Assembly: GCA_964057225.1 (NCBI GenBank)
Contig: OZ059899.1
Location: 21,402,505-21,466,504, forward strand
Origin: Auanema rhodensis
Lineage: Eukaryota; Animalia; Nematoda
DNA length: 64,000 bases
Reading direction: 5' to 3'
Under the pieces are notes generated by a model. That model saw only the letters and a program-made list of their open reading frames with translations, was not told where the DNA came from and did no database searches. Below, in pieces: positions 27,100 to 41,500 of this stretch. The translations under genes and the position numbers were made by a program. The first letter of the stretch is position 1. Every line of letters begins with the position of its first letter.

Positions 27100-30000
27100 A
27101 TTAGATTCCCCATGTCCATATTAGTCTGAAAACCAATTTTTATTGATATTGGCGCATGGTAACCATGACTTTGAAATTTACGTGAACTTTAATTTATGCT
27201 AATTAAATGTACACGTGATGTGCACTTGGTATGTAACTCGCTTCACGTGAAAGATAAAGAGATGCGGTTTTCAAAATTAGATTCCCCATGTCCATATTAG
27301 TCTAAAAACCAATTTTTATTGATATTGGTGCATGGTAACCATGACTTTGAAATTTACGTGAACTTTAATTTATGCTAATTAAATGTACACGTGATGTGCA
27401 CTTGGTATGTAACTCGCTTCACGTGAAAGATAAAGAGATGCGGTTTTAAAATTAGATTCCCCATGTCCATATTAGTCTAAAAACCAATTTTTATTGATAT
27501 TGGTGCATGGTAACCATGACTTTGAAATTTACGTGAACTTTAATTTATGCTAATTAAATGTACACGTGATGTGCACTTGGTATGTAACTCGCTTCACGTG
27601 AAAGATAAAGAGATGCGGTTTTCAAAATTAGATTCCCCATGTCCATATTAGTCTAAAAACCAATTTTTATTGATATTGGTGCATGGTAACCATGACTTTG
27701 AAATTTACGTGAACTTTAATTTATGCTAATTAAATGTACACGTGATGTGCACTTGGTATGTAACTCGCTTCACGTGAAAGATAAAGAGATGCGGTTTTCA
27801 AAATTAGATTCCCCATGTCCATATTAGTCTAAAAACCAATTTTTATTGATATTGGTGCATGGTAACCATGACTTTGAAATTTACGTGAACTTTAATTTAT
27901 GCTAATTAAATGTACACGTGATGTGCACTTGGTATGTAACTCGCTTCACGTGAAAGATAAAGAGATGCGGTTTTCAAAATTAGATTCCCCATGTCCATAT
28001 TAGTCTAAAAACAAATTTTTATTGATATTGGTTCATGGTAACCATGACTTTGAAATTTACGTGCACTTTAATTTATGCTAATTAAATGTACACGTGATGT
28101 GCACTTGGTATGTAACTCGCTTCACGTGAAAGATAAAGAGATGCGGTTTTCAAAATTAGATTCCCCATGTCCATATTAGTCTAAAAACAAATTTTTATTG
28201 ATATTGGTTCATGGTAACCATGACTTTGAAATTTACGTGAACTTTAATTTATGCTAATTAAATGTACACGTGATGTGCACTTGGTATGTAACTCGCTTCA
28301 CGTGAAAGATAAAGAGATGCGGTTTTTAAAATTAGATTCCCCATGTCCATATTAGTCTAAAAACAAATTTTTATTGATATTGGTTCATGGTAAACATGAC
28401 TTTGAAATTTACGTGAACTTTAATTTATGCTAATTAAATGTACACGTGATGTGCACTTGGTATGTAACTCGCTTCACGTGAAAGATAAAGAGATGCGGTT
28501 TTCAAAATTAGATTCCCCATGTCCATATTAGTCTAAAAACAAATTTTTATTGATATTGGTTCATGGTAAACATGACTTTGAAATTTACGTGAACTTTAAT
28601 TTATGCTAATTAAATGTACACGTGATGTGCACTTGGTATGTAACTCGCTTCACGTGAAAGATAAAGAGATGCGGTTTTCAAAATTAGATTCCCCATGTCC
28701 ATATTAGTCTGAAAACCAATTTTTATTGATATTGGCGCATGGTAACCATGACTTTGAAATTTACGTGAACTTTAATTTATGCTAATTAAATGTACACGTG
28801 ATGTGCACTTGGTATGTAACTCGCTTCACGTGAAAGATAAAGAGATGCGGTTTTCAAAATTAGATTCCCCATGTCCATATTAGTCTAAAAACCAATTTTT
28901 ATTGATATTGGTGCATGGTAACCATGACTTTGAAATTTACGTGAACTTTAATTTATGCTAATTAAATGTACACGTGATGTGCACTTGGTATGTAACTCGC
29001 TTCACGTGAAAGATAAAGAGATGCGGTTTTTAAAATTAGATTCCCCATGTCCATATTAGTCTAAAAACCAATTTTTATTGATATTGGTTCATGGTAACCA
29101 TGACTTTGAAATTTACGTGAACTTTAATTTATGCTAATTAAATGTACACGTGATGTGCACTTGGTATGTAACTCGCTTCACGTGAAAGATAAAGAGATGC
29201 GGTTTTCAAAATTAGATTCCCCATGTCCATATTAGTCTAAAAACCAATTTTTATTGATATTGGTTCATGGTAAACATGACTTTGAAATTTACGTGAACTT
29301 TAATTTATGCTAATTAAATGTACACGTGATGTGCACTTGGTATGTAACTCGCTTCACGTGAAAGATAAAGAGATGCGGTTTTCAAAATTAGATTCCCCAT
29401 GTCCATATTAGTCTAAAAACCAATTTTTATTGATATTGGTGCATGGTAACCATGACTTTGAAATTTACGTGAACTTTAATTTATGCTAATTAAATGTACA
29501 CGTGATGTGCACTTGGTATGTAACTCGCTTCACGTGAAAGATAAAGAGATGCGGTTTTCAAAATTAGATTCCCCATGTCCATATTAGTCTAAAAACCAAT
29601 TTTTATTGATATTGGTGCATGGTAACCATGACTTTGAAATTTACGTGAACTTTAATTTATGCTAATTAAATGTACACGTGATGTGCACTTGGTATGTAAC
29701 TCGCTTCACGTGAAAGATAAAGAGATGCGGTTTTCAAAATTAGATTCCCCATGTCCATATTAGTCTAAAAACAAATTTTTATTGATATTGGTTCATGGTA
29801 ACCATGACTTTGAAATTTACGTGAACTTTAATTTATGCTAATTAAATGTACACATGATGTGCACTTGGTATGTAACTCGCTTCACGGAAAAGATAAAGAG
29901 ATGCGGTTTTCAAAATTAGATTCCCCATGTCCATATTAGTCTAAAAACAAATTTTTATTGATATTGGTTCATGGTAAACATGACTTTGAAATTTACGTGA

Positions 30001-33000
30001 ACTTTAATTTATGCTAATTAAATGTACACGTGATGTGCACTTGGTATGTAACTCGCTTCACGTGAAAGATAAAGAGATGCGGTTTTTAAAATTAGATTCC
30101 CCATGTCCATATTAGTCTAAAAACCAATTTTTATTGATATTGGTGCATGGTAACCATGACTTTGAAATTTACGTGCACTTTAATTTATGCTAATTAAATG
30201 TACACGTGATGTGCACTTGGTATGTAACTCGCTTCACGTGAAAGATAAAGAGATGCGGTTTTCAAAATTAGATTCCCCATGTCCATATTAGTCTAAAAAC
30301 AAATTTTTATTGATATTGGTTCATGGTAACCATGACTTTGAAATTTACGTGAACTTTAATTTATGCTAATTAAATGTACACGTGATGTGCACTTGGTATG
30401 TAACTCGCTTCACGTGAAAGATAAAGAGATGCGGTTTTTAAAATTAGATTCCCCATGTCCATATTAGTCTAAAAACAAATTTTTATTGATATTGGTTCAT
30501 GGTAAACATGACTTTGAAATTTACGTGAACTTTAATTTATGCTAATTAAATGTACACGTGATGTGCACTTGGTATGTAACTCGCTTCACGTGAAAGATAA
30601 AGAGATGCGGTTTTCAAAATTAGATTCCCCATGTCCATATTAGTCTAAAAACAAATTTTTATTGATATTGGTTCATGGTAAACATGACTTTGAAATTTAC
30701 GTGAACTTTAATTTATGCTAATTAAATGTACACGTGATGTGCACTTGGTATGTAACTCGCTTCACGTGAAAGATAAAGAGATGCGGTTTTCAAAATTAGA
30801 TTCCCCATGTCCATATTAGTCTGAAAACCAATTTTTATTGATATTGGCGCATGGTAACCATGACTTTGAAATTTACGTGAACTTTAATTTATGCTAATTA
30901 AATGTACACGTGATGTGCACTTGGTATGTAACTCGCTTCACGTGAAAGATAAAGAGATGCGGTTTTCAAAATTAGATTCCCCATGTCCATATTAGTCTAA
31001 AAACCAATTTTTATTGATATTGGTGCATGGTAACCATGACTTTGAAATTTACGTGAACTTTAATTTATGCTAATTAAATGTACACGTGATGTGCACTTGG
31101 TATGTAACTCGCTTCACGTGAAAGATAAAGAGATGCGGTTTTTAAAATTAGATTCCCCATGTCCATATTAGTCTAAAAACCAATTTTTATTGATATTGGT
31201 TCATGGTAACCATGACTTTGAAATTTACGTGAACTTTAATTTATGCTAATTAAATGTACACGTGATGTGCACTTGGTATGTAACTCGCTTCACGTGAAAG
31301 ATAAAGAGATGCGGTTTTCAAAATTAGATTCCCCATGTCCATATTAGTCTAAAAACAAATTTTTATTGATATTGGTTCATGGTAAACATGACTTTGAAAT
31401 TTACGTGAACTTTAATTTATGCTAATTAAATGTACACGTGATGTGCACTTGGTATGTAACTCGCTTCACGTGAAAGATAAAGAGATGCGGTTTTCAAAAT
31501 TAGATTCCCCATGTCCATATTAGTCTGAAAACCAATTTTTATTGATATTGGCGCATGGTAACCATGACTTTGAAATTTACGTGAACTTTAATTTATGCTA
31601 ATTAAATGTACACGTGATGTGCACTTGGTATGTAACTCGCTTCACGTGAAAGATAAAGAGATGCGGTTTTCAAAATTAGATTCCCCATGTCCATATTAGT
31701 CTAAAAACCAATTTTTATTGATATTGGTGCATGGTAACCATGACTTTGAAATTTACGTGAACTTTAATTTATGCTAATTAAATGTACACGTGATGTGCAC
31801 TTGGTATGTAACTCGCTTCACGTGAAAGATAAAGAGATGCGGTTTTTAAAATTAGATTCCCCATGTCCATATTAGTCTAAAAACCAATTTTTATTGATAT
31901 TGGTGCATGGTAACCATGACTTTGAAATTTACGTGAACTTTAATTTATGCTAATTAAATGTACACGTGATGTGCACTTGGTATGTAACTCGCTTCACGTG
32001 AAAGATAAAGAGATGCGGTTTTCAAAATTAGATTCCCCATGTCCATATTAGTCTAAAAACCAATTTTTATTGATATTGGTGCATGGTAACCATGACTTTG
32101 AAATTTACGTGAACTTTAATTTATGCTAATTAAATGTACACGTGATGTGCACTTGGTATGTAACTCGCTTCACGTGAAAGATAAAGAGATGCGGTTTTCA
32201 AAATTAGATTCCCCATGTCCATATTAGTCTAAAAACCAATTTTTATTGATATTGGTGCATGGTAACCATGACTTTGAAATTTACGTGAACTTTAATTTAT
32301 GCTAATTAAATGTACACGTGATGTGCACTTGGTATGTAACTCGCTTCACGTGAAAGATAAAGAGATGCGGTTTTCAAAATTAGATTCCCCATGTCCATAT
32401 TAGTCTAAAAACAAATTTTTATTGATATTGGTTCATGGTAACCATGACTTTGAAATTTACGTGAACTTTAATTTATGCTAATTAAATGTACACATGATGT
32501 GCACTTGGTATGTAACTCGCTTCACGTAAAAGATAAAGAGATGCGGTTTTCAAAATTAGATTCCCCATGTCCATATTAGTCTAAAAACAAATTTTTATTG
32601 ATATTGGTTCATGGTAAACATGACTTTGAAATTTACGTGAACTTTAATTTATGCTAATTAAATGTACACGTGATGTGCACTTGGTATGTAACTCGCTTCA
32701 CGTGAAAGATAAAGAGATGCGGTTTTTAAAATTAGATTCCCCATGTCCATATTAGTCTAAAAACCAATTTTTATTGATTTTGGTGCATGGTAACCATGAC
32801 TTTGAAATTTACGTGCACTTTAATTTATGCTAATTAAATGTACACGTGATGTGCACTTGGTATGTAACTCGCTTCACGTGAAAGATAAAGAGATGCGGTT
32901 TTCAAAATTAGATTCCCCATGTCCATATTAGTCTAAAAACAAATTTTTATTGATATTGGTTCATGGTAACCATGACTTTGAAATTTACGTGAACTTTAAT

Positions 33001-33300
33001 TTATGCTAATTAAATGTACACGTGATGTGCACTTGGTATGTAACTCGCTTCACGTGAAAGATAAAGAGATGCGGTTTTTAAAATTAGATTCCCCATGTCC
33101 ATATTAGTCTAAAAACAAATTTTTATTGATATTGGTTCATGGTAAACATGACTTTGAAATTTACGTGAACTTTAATTTATGCTAATTAAATGTACACGTG
33201 ATGTGCACTTGGTATGTAACTCGCTTCACGTGAAAGATAAAGAGATGCGGTTTTCAAAATTAGATTCCCCATGTCCATATTAGTCTAAAAACAAATTTTT
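27100..33300. repeat. Nested 12-mer (2112 bp) and 15-mer (2640 bp) duplications within satellite B (ends approximate)
   Basis: GTGCACTTTAA variant at 28061/30173/32813 (+2112, +2640). Linked TCTGAAA and GGCGCAT variant at 27128/28711/30823/31527. CACATGA variant at about 29854/32494 (+2640). Confidence 0.8.
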
Positions 33301-33599
33301 ATTGATATTGGTTCATGGTAACCATGACTTTGAAATTTACGTGAACTTTAATTTATGCTAATTAAATGTACACGTGATGTGCACTTGGTATGTAACTCGC
33401 TTCACGTGAAAGATAAAGAGATGCGGTTTTTAAAATTAGATTCCCCATGTCCATATTAGTCTAAAAACAAATTTTTATTGATATTGGTTCATGGTAAACA
33501 TGACTTTGAAATTTACGTGAACTTTAATTTATGCTAATTAAATGTACACGTGATGTGCACTTGGTATGTAACTCGCTTCACGTGAAAGATAAAGAGATG

Positions 33600-36500
33600 C
33601 GGTTTTCAAAATTAGATTCCCCATGTCCATATTAGTCTAAAAACAAATTTTTATTGATATTGGTTCATGGTAACCATGACTTTGAAATTTACGTGAACTT
33701 TAATTTATGCTAATTAAATGTACACGTGATGTGCACTTGGTATGTAACTCGCTTCACGTGAAAGATAAAGAGATGCGGTTTTCAAAATTAGATTCCCCAT
33801 GTCCATATTAGTCTAAAAACAAATTTTTATTGATATTGGTTCATGGTAAACATGACTTTGAAATTTACGTGAACTTTAATTTATGCTAATTAAATGTACA
33901 CGTGATGTGCACTTGGTATGTAACTCGCTTCACGTGAAAGATAAAGAGATGCGGTTTTCAAAATTAGATTCCCCATGTCCATATTAGTCTAAAAACCAAT
34001 TTTTAGTGATATTGGTGCATGGTAACCATGACTTTGAAATTTACGTGAACTTTAATTTATGCTAATTAAATGTACACGTGATGTGCACTTGGTATGTAAC
34101 TCGCTTCACGTGAAAGATAAAGAGATGCGGTTTTCAAAATTAGATTCCCCATGTCCATATTAGTCTAAAAACAAATTTTTATTGATATTGGTTCATGGTA
34201 ACCATGACTTTGAAATTTACGTGAACTTTAATTTATGCTAATTAAATGTACACGTGATGTGCACTCGGTATGTAACTCGCTTCACGTGAAAGATAAAGAG
34301 ATGCGGTTTTCAAAATTAGATTCCCCATGTCCATATTAGTCTAAAAACAAATTTTTATTGATATTGGTTCATGGTAAACATGACTTTGAAATTTACGTGA
34401 ACTTTAATTTATGCTAATTAAATGTACACGTGATGTGCACTTGGTATGTAACTCGCTTCACGTGAAAGATAAAGAGATGCGGTTTTCAAAATTAGATTCC
34501 CCATGTCCATATTAGTCTAAAAACCAATTTTTATTGATATTGGTGCATGGTAACCATTACTTTGAAATTTACGTGAACTTTAATTTATGCTAATTAAATG
34601 TACACGTGATGTGCACTTGGTATGTAACTCGCTTCACGTGAAAGATAAAGAGATGCGGTTTTCAAAATTAGATTCCCCATGTCCATATTAGTCTAAAAAC
34701 CAATTTTTATTGATATTGGTGCATGGTAACCATGACTTTGAAATTTACGTGAACTTTAATTTATGCTAATTAAATGTACACGTGATGTGCACTTGGTATG
34801 TAACTCGCTTCACGTGAAAGATAAAGAGATGCGGTTTTCAAAATTAGATTCCCCATGTCCATATTAGTCTAAAAACCAATTTTTATTGATATTGGTGCAT
34901 GGTAACCATGACTTTGAAATTTACGTGAACTTTAATTTATGCTAATTAAATGTACACGTGATGTGCACTTGGTATGTAACTCGCTTCACGTGAAAGATAA
35001 AGAGATGCGGTTTTCAAAATTAGATTCCCCATGTCCATATTAGTCTAAAAACAAATTTTTATTGATATTGGTTCATGGTAACCATGACTTTGAAATTTAC
35101 GTGAACTTTAATTTATGCTAATTAAATGTACACGTGATGTGCACTTGGTATGTAACTCGCTTCACGTGAAAGATAAAGAGATGCGGTTTTCAAAATTAGA
35201 TTCCCCATGTCCATATTAGTCTAAAAACCAATTTTTATTGATATTGGTGCATGGTAACCATGACTTTGAAATTTACGTGAACTTTAATTTATGCTAATTA
35301 AATGTACACGTGATGTGCACTTGGTATGTAACTCGCTTCACGTGAAAGATAAAGAGATGCGGTTTTCAAAATTAGATTCCCCATGTCCATATTAGTCTAA
35401 AAACAAATTTTTATTGATATTGGTTCATGGTAACCATGACTTTGAAATTTACGTGAACTTTAATTTATGTTAATTAAATGTACACGTGATGTGCACTTGG
35501 TATGTAACTCGCTTCACGTGAGAGATAAAGAGATGCGGTTTTTAAAATTAGATTCCCCATGTCCATATTAGTCTAAAAACCAATTTTTATTGATATTGGT
35601 GCATGGTAACCATGACTTTGAAATTTACGTGAACTTTAATTTATGCTAATTAAATGTACACGTGATGTGCACTTGGTATGTAACTCGCTTCACGTGAAAG
35701 ATAAAGAGATGCGGTTTTCAAAATTAGATTCCCCATGTCCATATTAGTCTAAAAACAAATTTTTATTGATATTGGTTCATGGTAAACATGACTTTGAAAT
35801 TTACGTGAACTTTAATTTATGCTAATTAAATGTACACGTGATGTGCACTTGGTATGTAACTCGCTTCACGTGAAAGATAAAGAGATGCGGTTTTCAAAAT
35901 TAGATTCCCCATGTCCATATTAGTCTAAAAACCAATTTTTATTGATATTGGTGCATGGTAACCATGACTTTGAAATTTACGTGAACTTTAATTTATGCTA
36001 ATTAAATGTACACGTGATGTGCACTTGGTATGTAACTCGCTTCACGTGAAAGATAAAGAGATGCGGTTTTCAAAATTAGATTCCCCATGTCCATATTAGT
36101 CTAAAAACAAATTTTTATTGATATTGGTTCATGGTAACCATGACTTTGAAATTTACGTGAACTTTAATTTATGCTAATTAAATGTACACGTGATGTGCAC
36201 TTGGTATGTAACTCGCTTCACGTGAAAGATAAAGAGATGCGGTTTTCAAAATTAGATTCCCCATGTCCATATTAGTCTAAAAACAAATTTTTATTGATAT
36301 TGGTTCATGGTAAACATGACTTTGAAATTTACGTGAACTTTAATTTATGCTAATTAAATGTACACGTGATGTGCACTTGGTATGTAACTCGCTTCACGTG
36401 AAAGATAAAGAGATGCGGTTTTCAAAATTAGATTCCCCATGTCCATATTAGTCTAAAAACCAATTTTTAGTGATATTGGTGCATGGTAACCATGACTTTG

Positions 36501-38500
36501 AAATTTACGTGAACTTTAATTTATGCTAATTAAATGTACACGTGATGTGCACTTGGTATGTAACTCGCTTCACGTGAAAGATAAAGAGATGCGGTTTTCA
36601 AAATTAGATTCCCCATGTCCATATTAGTCTAAAAACAAATTTTTATTGATATTGGTTCATGGTAACCATGACTTTGAAATTTACGTGAACTTTAATTTAT
36701 GCTAATTAAATGTACACGTGATGTGCACTCGGTATGTAACTCGCTTCACGTGAAAGATAAAGAGATGCGGTTTTCAAAATTAGATTCCCCATGTCCATAT
36801 TAGTCTAAAAACAAATTTTTATTGATATTGGTTCATGGTAAACATGACTTTGAAATTTACGTGAACTTTAATTTATGCTAATTAAATGTACACGTGATGT
36901 GCACTTGGTATGTAACTCGCTTCACGTGAAAGATAAAGAGATGCGGTTTTCAAAATTAGATTCCCCATGTCCATATTAGTCTAAAAACCAATTTTTATTG
37001 ATATTGGTGCATGGTAACCATTACTTTGAAATTTACGTGAACTTTAATTTATGTTAATTAAATGTACACGTGATGTGCACTTGGTATGTAACTCGCTTCA
37101 CGTGAAAGATAAAGAGATGCGGTTTTCAAAATTAGATTCCCCATGTCCATATTAGTCTAAAAACCAATTTTTATTGATATTGGTGCATGGTAACCATGAC
37201 TTTGAAATTTACGTGAACTTTAATTTATGCTAATTAAATGTACACGTGATGTGCACTTGGTATGTAACTCGCTTCACGTGAAAGATAAAGAGATGCGGTT
37301 TTCAAAATTAGATTCCCCATGTCCATATTAGTCTAAAAACCAATTTTTATTGATATTGGTGCATGGTAACCATGACTTTGAAATTTACGTGAACTTTAAT
37401 TTATGCTAATTAAATGTACACGTGATGTGCACTTGGTATGTAACTCGCTTCACGTGAAAGATAAAGAGATGCGGTTTTCAAAATTAGATTCCCCATGTCC
37501 ATATTAGTCTAAAAACAAATTTTTATTGATATTGGTTCATGGTAACCATGACTTTGAAATTTACGTGAACTTTAATTTATGCTAATTAAATGTACACGTG
37601 ATGTGCACTTGGTATGTAACTCGCTTCACGTGAAAGATAAAGAGATGCGGTTTTCAAAATTAGATTCCCCATGTCCATATTAGTCTAAAAACCAATTTTT
37701 ATTGATATTGGTGCATGGTAACCATGACTTTGAAATTTACGTGAACTTTAATTTATGCTAATTAAATGTACACGTGATGTGCACTTGGTATGTAACTCGC
37801 TTCACGTGAAAGATAAAGAGATGCGGTTTTCAAAATTAGATTCCCCATGTCCATATTAGTCTAAAAACAAATTTTTATTGATATTGGTTCATGGTAACCA
37901 TGACTTTGAAATTTACGTGAACTTTAATTTATGTTAATTAAATGTACACGTGATGTGCACTTGGTATGTAACTCGCTTCACGTGAGAGATAAAGAGATGC
38001 GGTTTTTAAAATTAGATTCCCCATGTCCATATTAGTCTAAAAACCAATTTTTATTGATATTGGTGCATGGTAACCATGACTTTGAAATTTACGTGAACTT
38101 TAATTTATGCTAATTAAATGTACACGTGATGTGCACTTGGTATGTAACTCGCTTCACGTGAAAGATAAAGAGATGCGGTTTTCAAAATTAGATTCCCCAT
38201 GTCCATATTAGTCTAAAAACAAATTTTTATTGATATTGGTTCATGGTAACCATGACTTTGAAATTTACGTGAACTTTAATTTATGCTAATTAAATGTACA
38301 CGTGATGTGCACTTGGTATGTAACTCGCTTCACGTGAAAGATAAAGAGATGCGGTTTTCAAAATTAGATTCCCCATGTCCATATTAGTCTAAAAACAAAT
38401 TTTTATTGATATTGGTTCATGGTAAACATGACTTTGAAATTTACGTGAACTTTAATTTATGCTAATTAAATGTACACGTGATGTGCACTTGGTATGTAAC
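33600..38500. repeat. 14-monomer (2464-bp) tandem duplication within satellite B (ends approximate)
   Basis: Four rare SNPs repeat at exactly +2464: TTTAGTGAT 34006/36470, GCACTCGG 34266/36730, CCATTAC 34558/37022, GTGAGAG 35522/37986. Confidence 0.9.
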
Positions 38501-41500
38501 TCGCTTCACGTGAAAGATAAAGAGATGCGGTTTTTAAAATTAGATTCCCCATGTCCATATTAGTCTAAAAACCAATTTTTATTGATATTGGTGCATGGTA
38601 ACCATGACTTTGAAATTTACGTGAACTTTAATTTATGCTAATTAAATGTACACGTGATGTGCACTTGGTATGTAACTCGCTTCACGTGAAAGATAAAGAG
38701 ATGCGGTTTTCAAAATTAGATTCCCCATGTCCATATTAGTCTAAAAACAAATTTTTATTGATATTGGTTCATGGTAACCATGACTTTGAAATTTACGTGA
38801 ACTTTAATTTATGCTAATTAAATGTACACGTGATGTGCACTTGGTATGTAACTCGCTTCACGTGAAAGATAAAGAGATGCGGTTTTCAAAATTAGATTCC
38901 CCATGTCCATATTAGTCTAAAAACAAATTTTTATTGATATTGGTTCATGGTAAACATGACTTTGAAATTTACGTGAACTTTAATTTATGTTAATTAAATG
39001 TACACGTGATGTGCACTTGGTATGTAACTCGCTTCACGTGAAAGATAAAGAGATGCGGTTTTCAAAATTAGATTCCCCATGTCCATATTAGTCTAAAAAC
39101 AAATTTTTATTGATATTGGTGCATGGTAACCATGACTTTGAAATTTACGTGAACTTTAATTTATGTTAATTAAATGTACACGTGATGTGCACTTGGTATG
39201 TAACTCGCTTCACGTGAAAGATAAAGAGATGCGGTTTTCAAAATTAGATTCCCCATGTCCATATTAGTCTAAAAACAAATTTTTATTGATAATGGTTCAT
39301 GGTAAACATGACTTTGAAATTTACGTGAACTTTAATTTATGTTAATTAAATGTACACGTGATGTGCACTTGGTATGTAACTCGCTTCACGTGAAAGATAA
39401 AGAGATGCGGTTCTCAAAATTAGATTCCCCATGTCCATATTAGTCTAAAAACAAATTTTTATTGATATTGGTTCATGGTAAACATGACTTTGAAATTTAC
39501 GTGAACTTTAATTTATGCTAATTAAATGTACACGTGATGTGCACTTGGTATGTAACTCGCTTCACGTGAAAGATAAAGAGATGCGGTTTTTAAAATTAGA
39601 TTCCCCATGTCCATATTAGTCTAAAAACCAATTTTTATTGATATTGGTTCATGGTAACCATGACTTTGAAATTTACGTGAACTTTAATTTATGCTAATTA
39701 AATGTACACGTGATGTGCACTTGGTATGTAACTCGCTTCACGTGAAAGATAAAGAGATGCGGTTTTCAAAATTAGATTCCCCATGTCCATATTAGTCTAA
39801 AAACCAATTTTTATTGATATTGGTGCATGGTAACCATGACTTTGAAATTTACGTGAACTTTAATTTATGCTAATTAAATGTACACGTGATGTGCACTTGG
39901 TATGTAACTCGCTTCACGTGAAAGATAAAGAGATGCGGTTTTCAAAATTAGATTCCCCATGTCCATATTAGTCTAAAAACAAATTTTTATTGATATTGGT
40001 TCATGGTAACCATGACTTTGAAATTTACGTGAACTTTAATTTATGTTAATTAAATGTACACGTGATGTGCACTTGGTATGTAACTCGCTTCACGTGAGAG
40101 ATAAAGAGATGCGGTTTTTAAAATTAGATTCCCCATGTCCATATTAGTCTAAAAACCAATTTTTATTGATATTGGTGCATGGTAACCATGACTTTGAAAT
40201 TTACGTGAACTTTAATTTATGCTAATTAAATGTACACGTGATGTGCACTTGGTATGTAACTCGCTTCACGTGAAAGATAAAGAGATGCGGTTTTCAAAAT
40301 TAGATTCCCCATGTCCATATTAGTCTAAAAACAAATTTTTATTGATATTGGTTCATGGTAACCATGACTTTGAAATTTACGTGAACTTTAATTTATGCTA
40401 ATTAAATGTACACGTGATGTGCACTTGGTATGTAACTCGCTTCACGTGAAAGATAAAGAGATGCGGTTTTCAAAATTAGATTCCCCATGTCCATATTAGT
40501 CTAAAAACAAATTTTTATTGATATTGGTTCATGGTAAACATGACTTTGAAATTTACGTGAACTTTAATTTATGTTAATTAAATGTACACGTGATGTGCAC
40601 TTGGTATGTAACTCGCTTCACGTGAAAGATAAAGAGATGCGGTTTTCAAAATTAGATTCCCCATGTCCATATTAGTCTAAAAACAAATTTTTATTGATAT
40701 TGGTGCATGGTAACCATGACTTTGAAATTTACGTGAACTTTAATTTATGCTAATTAAATGTACACGTGATGTGCACTTGGTATGTAACTCGCTTCACGTG
40801 AAAGATAAAGAGATGCGGTTTTCAAAATTAGATTCCCCATGTCCATATTAGTCTAAAAACAAATTTTTATTGATATTGGTTCATGGTAAACATGACTTTG
40901 AAATTTACGTGAACTTTAATTTATGTTAATTAAATGTACACGTGATGTGCACTTGGTATGTAACTCGCTTCACGTGAAAGATAAAGAGATGCGGTTTTCA
41001 AAATTAGATTCCCCATGTCCATATTAGTCTAAAAACAAATTTTTATTGATATTGGTTCATGGTAAACATGACTTTGAAATTTACGTGAACTTTAATTTAT
41101 GTTAATTAAATGTACACGTGATGTGCACTTGGTATGTAACTCGCTTCACGTGAAAGATAAAGAGATGCGGTTTTCAAAATTAGATTCCCCATGTCCATAT
41201 TAGTCTAAAAACAAATTTTTATTGATATTGGTTCATGGTAAACATGACTTTGAAATTTACGTGAACTTTAATTTATGCTAATTAAATGTACACGTGATGT
41301 GCACTTGGTATGTAACTCGCTTCACGTGAAAGATAAAGAGATGCGGTTTTCAAAATTAGATTCCCCATGTCCATATTAGTCTAAAAACCAATTTTTATTG
41401 ATATTGGTGCATGGTAACCATGACTTTGAAATTTACGTGAACTTTAATTTATGCTAATTAAATGTACACGTGATGTGCACTTGGTATGTAACTCGCTTCA

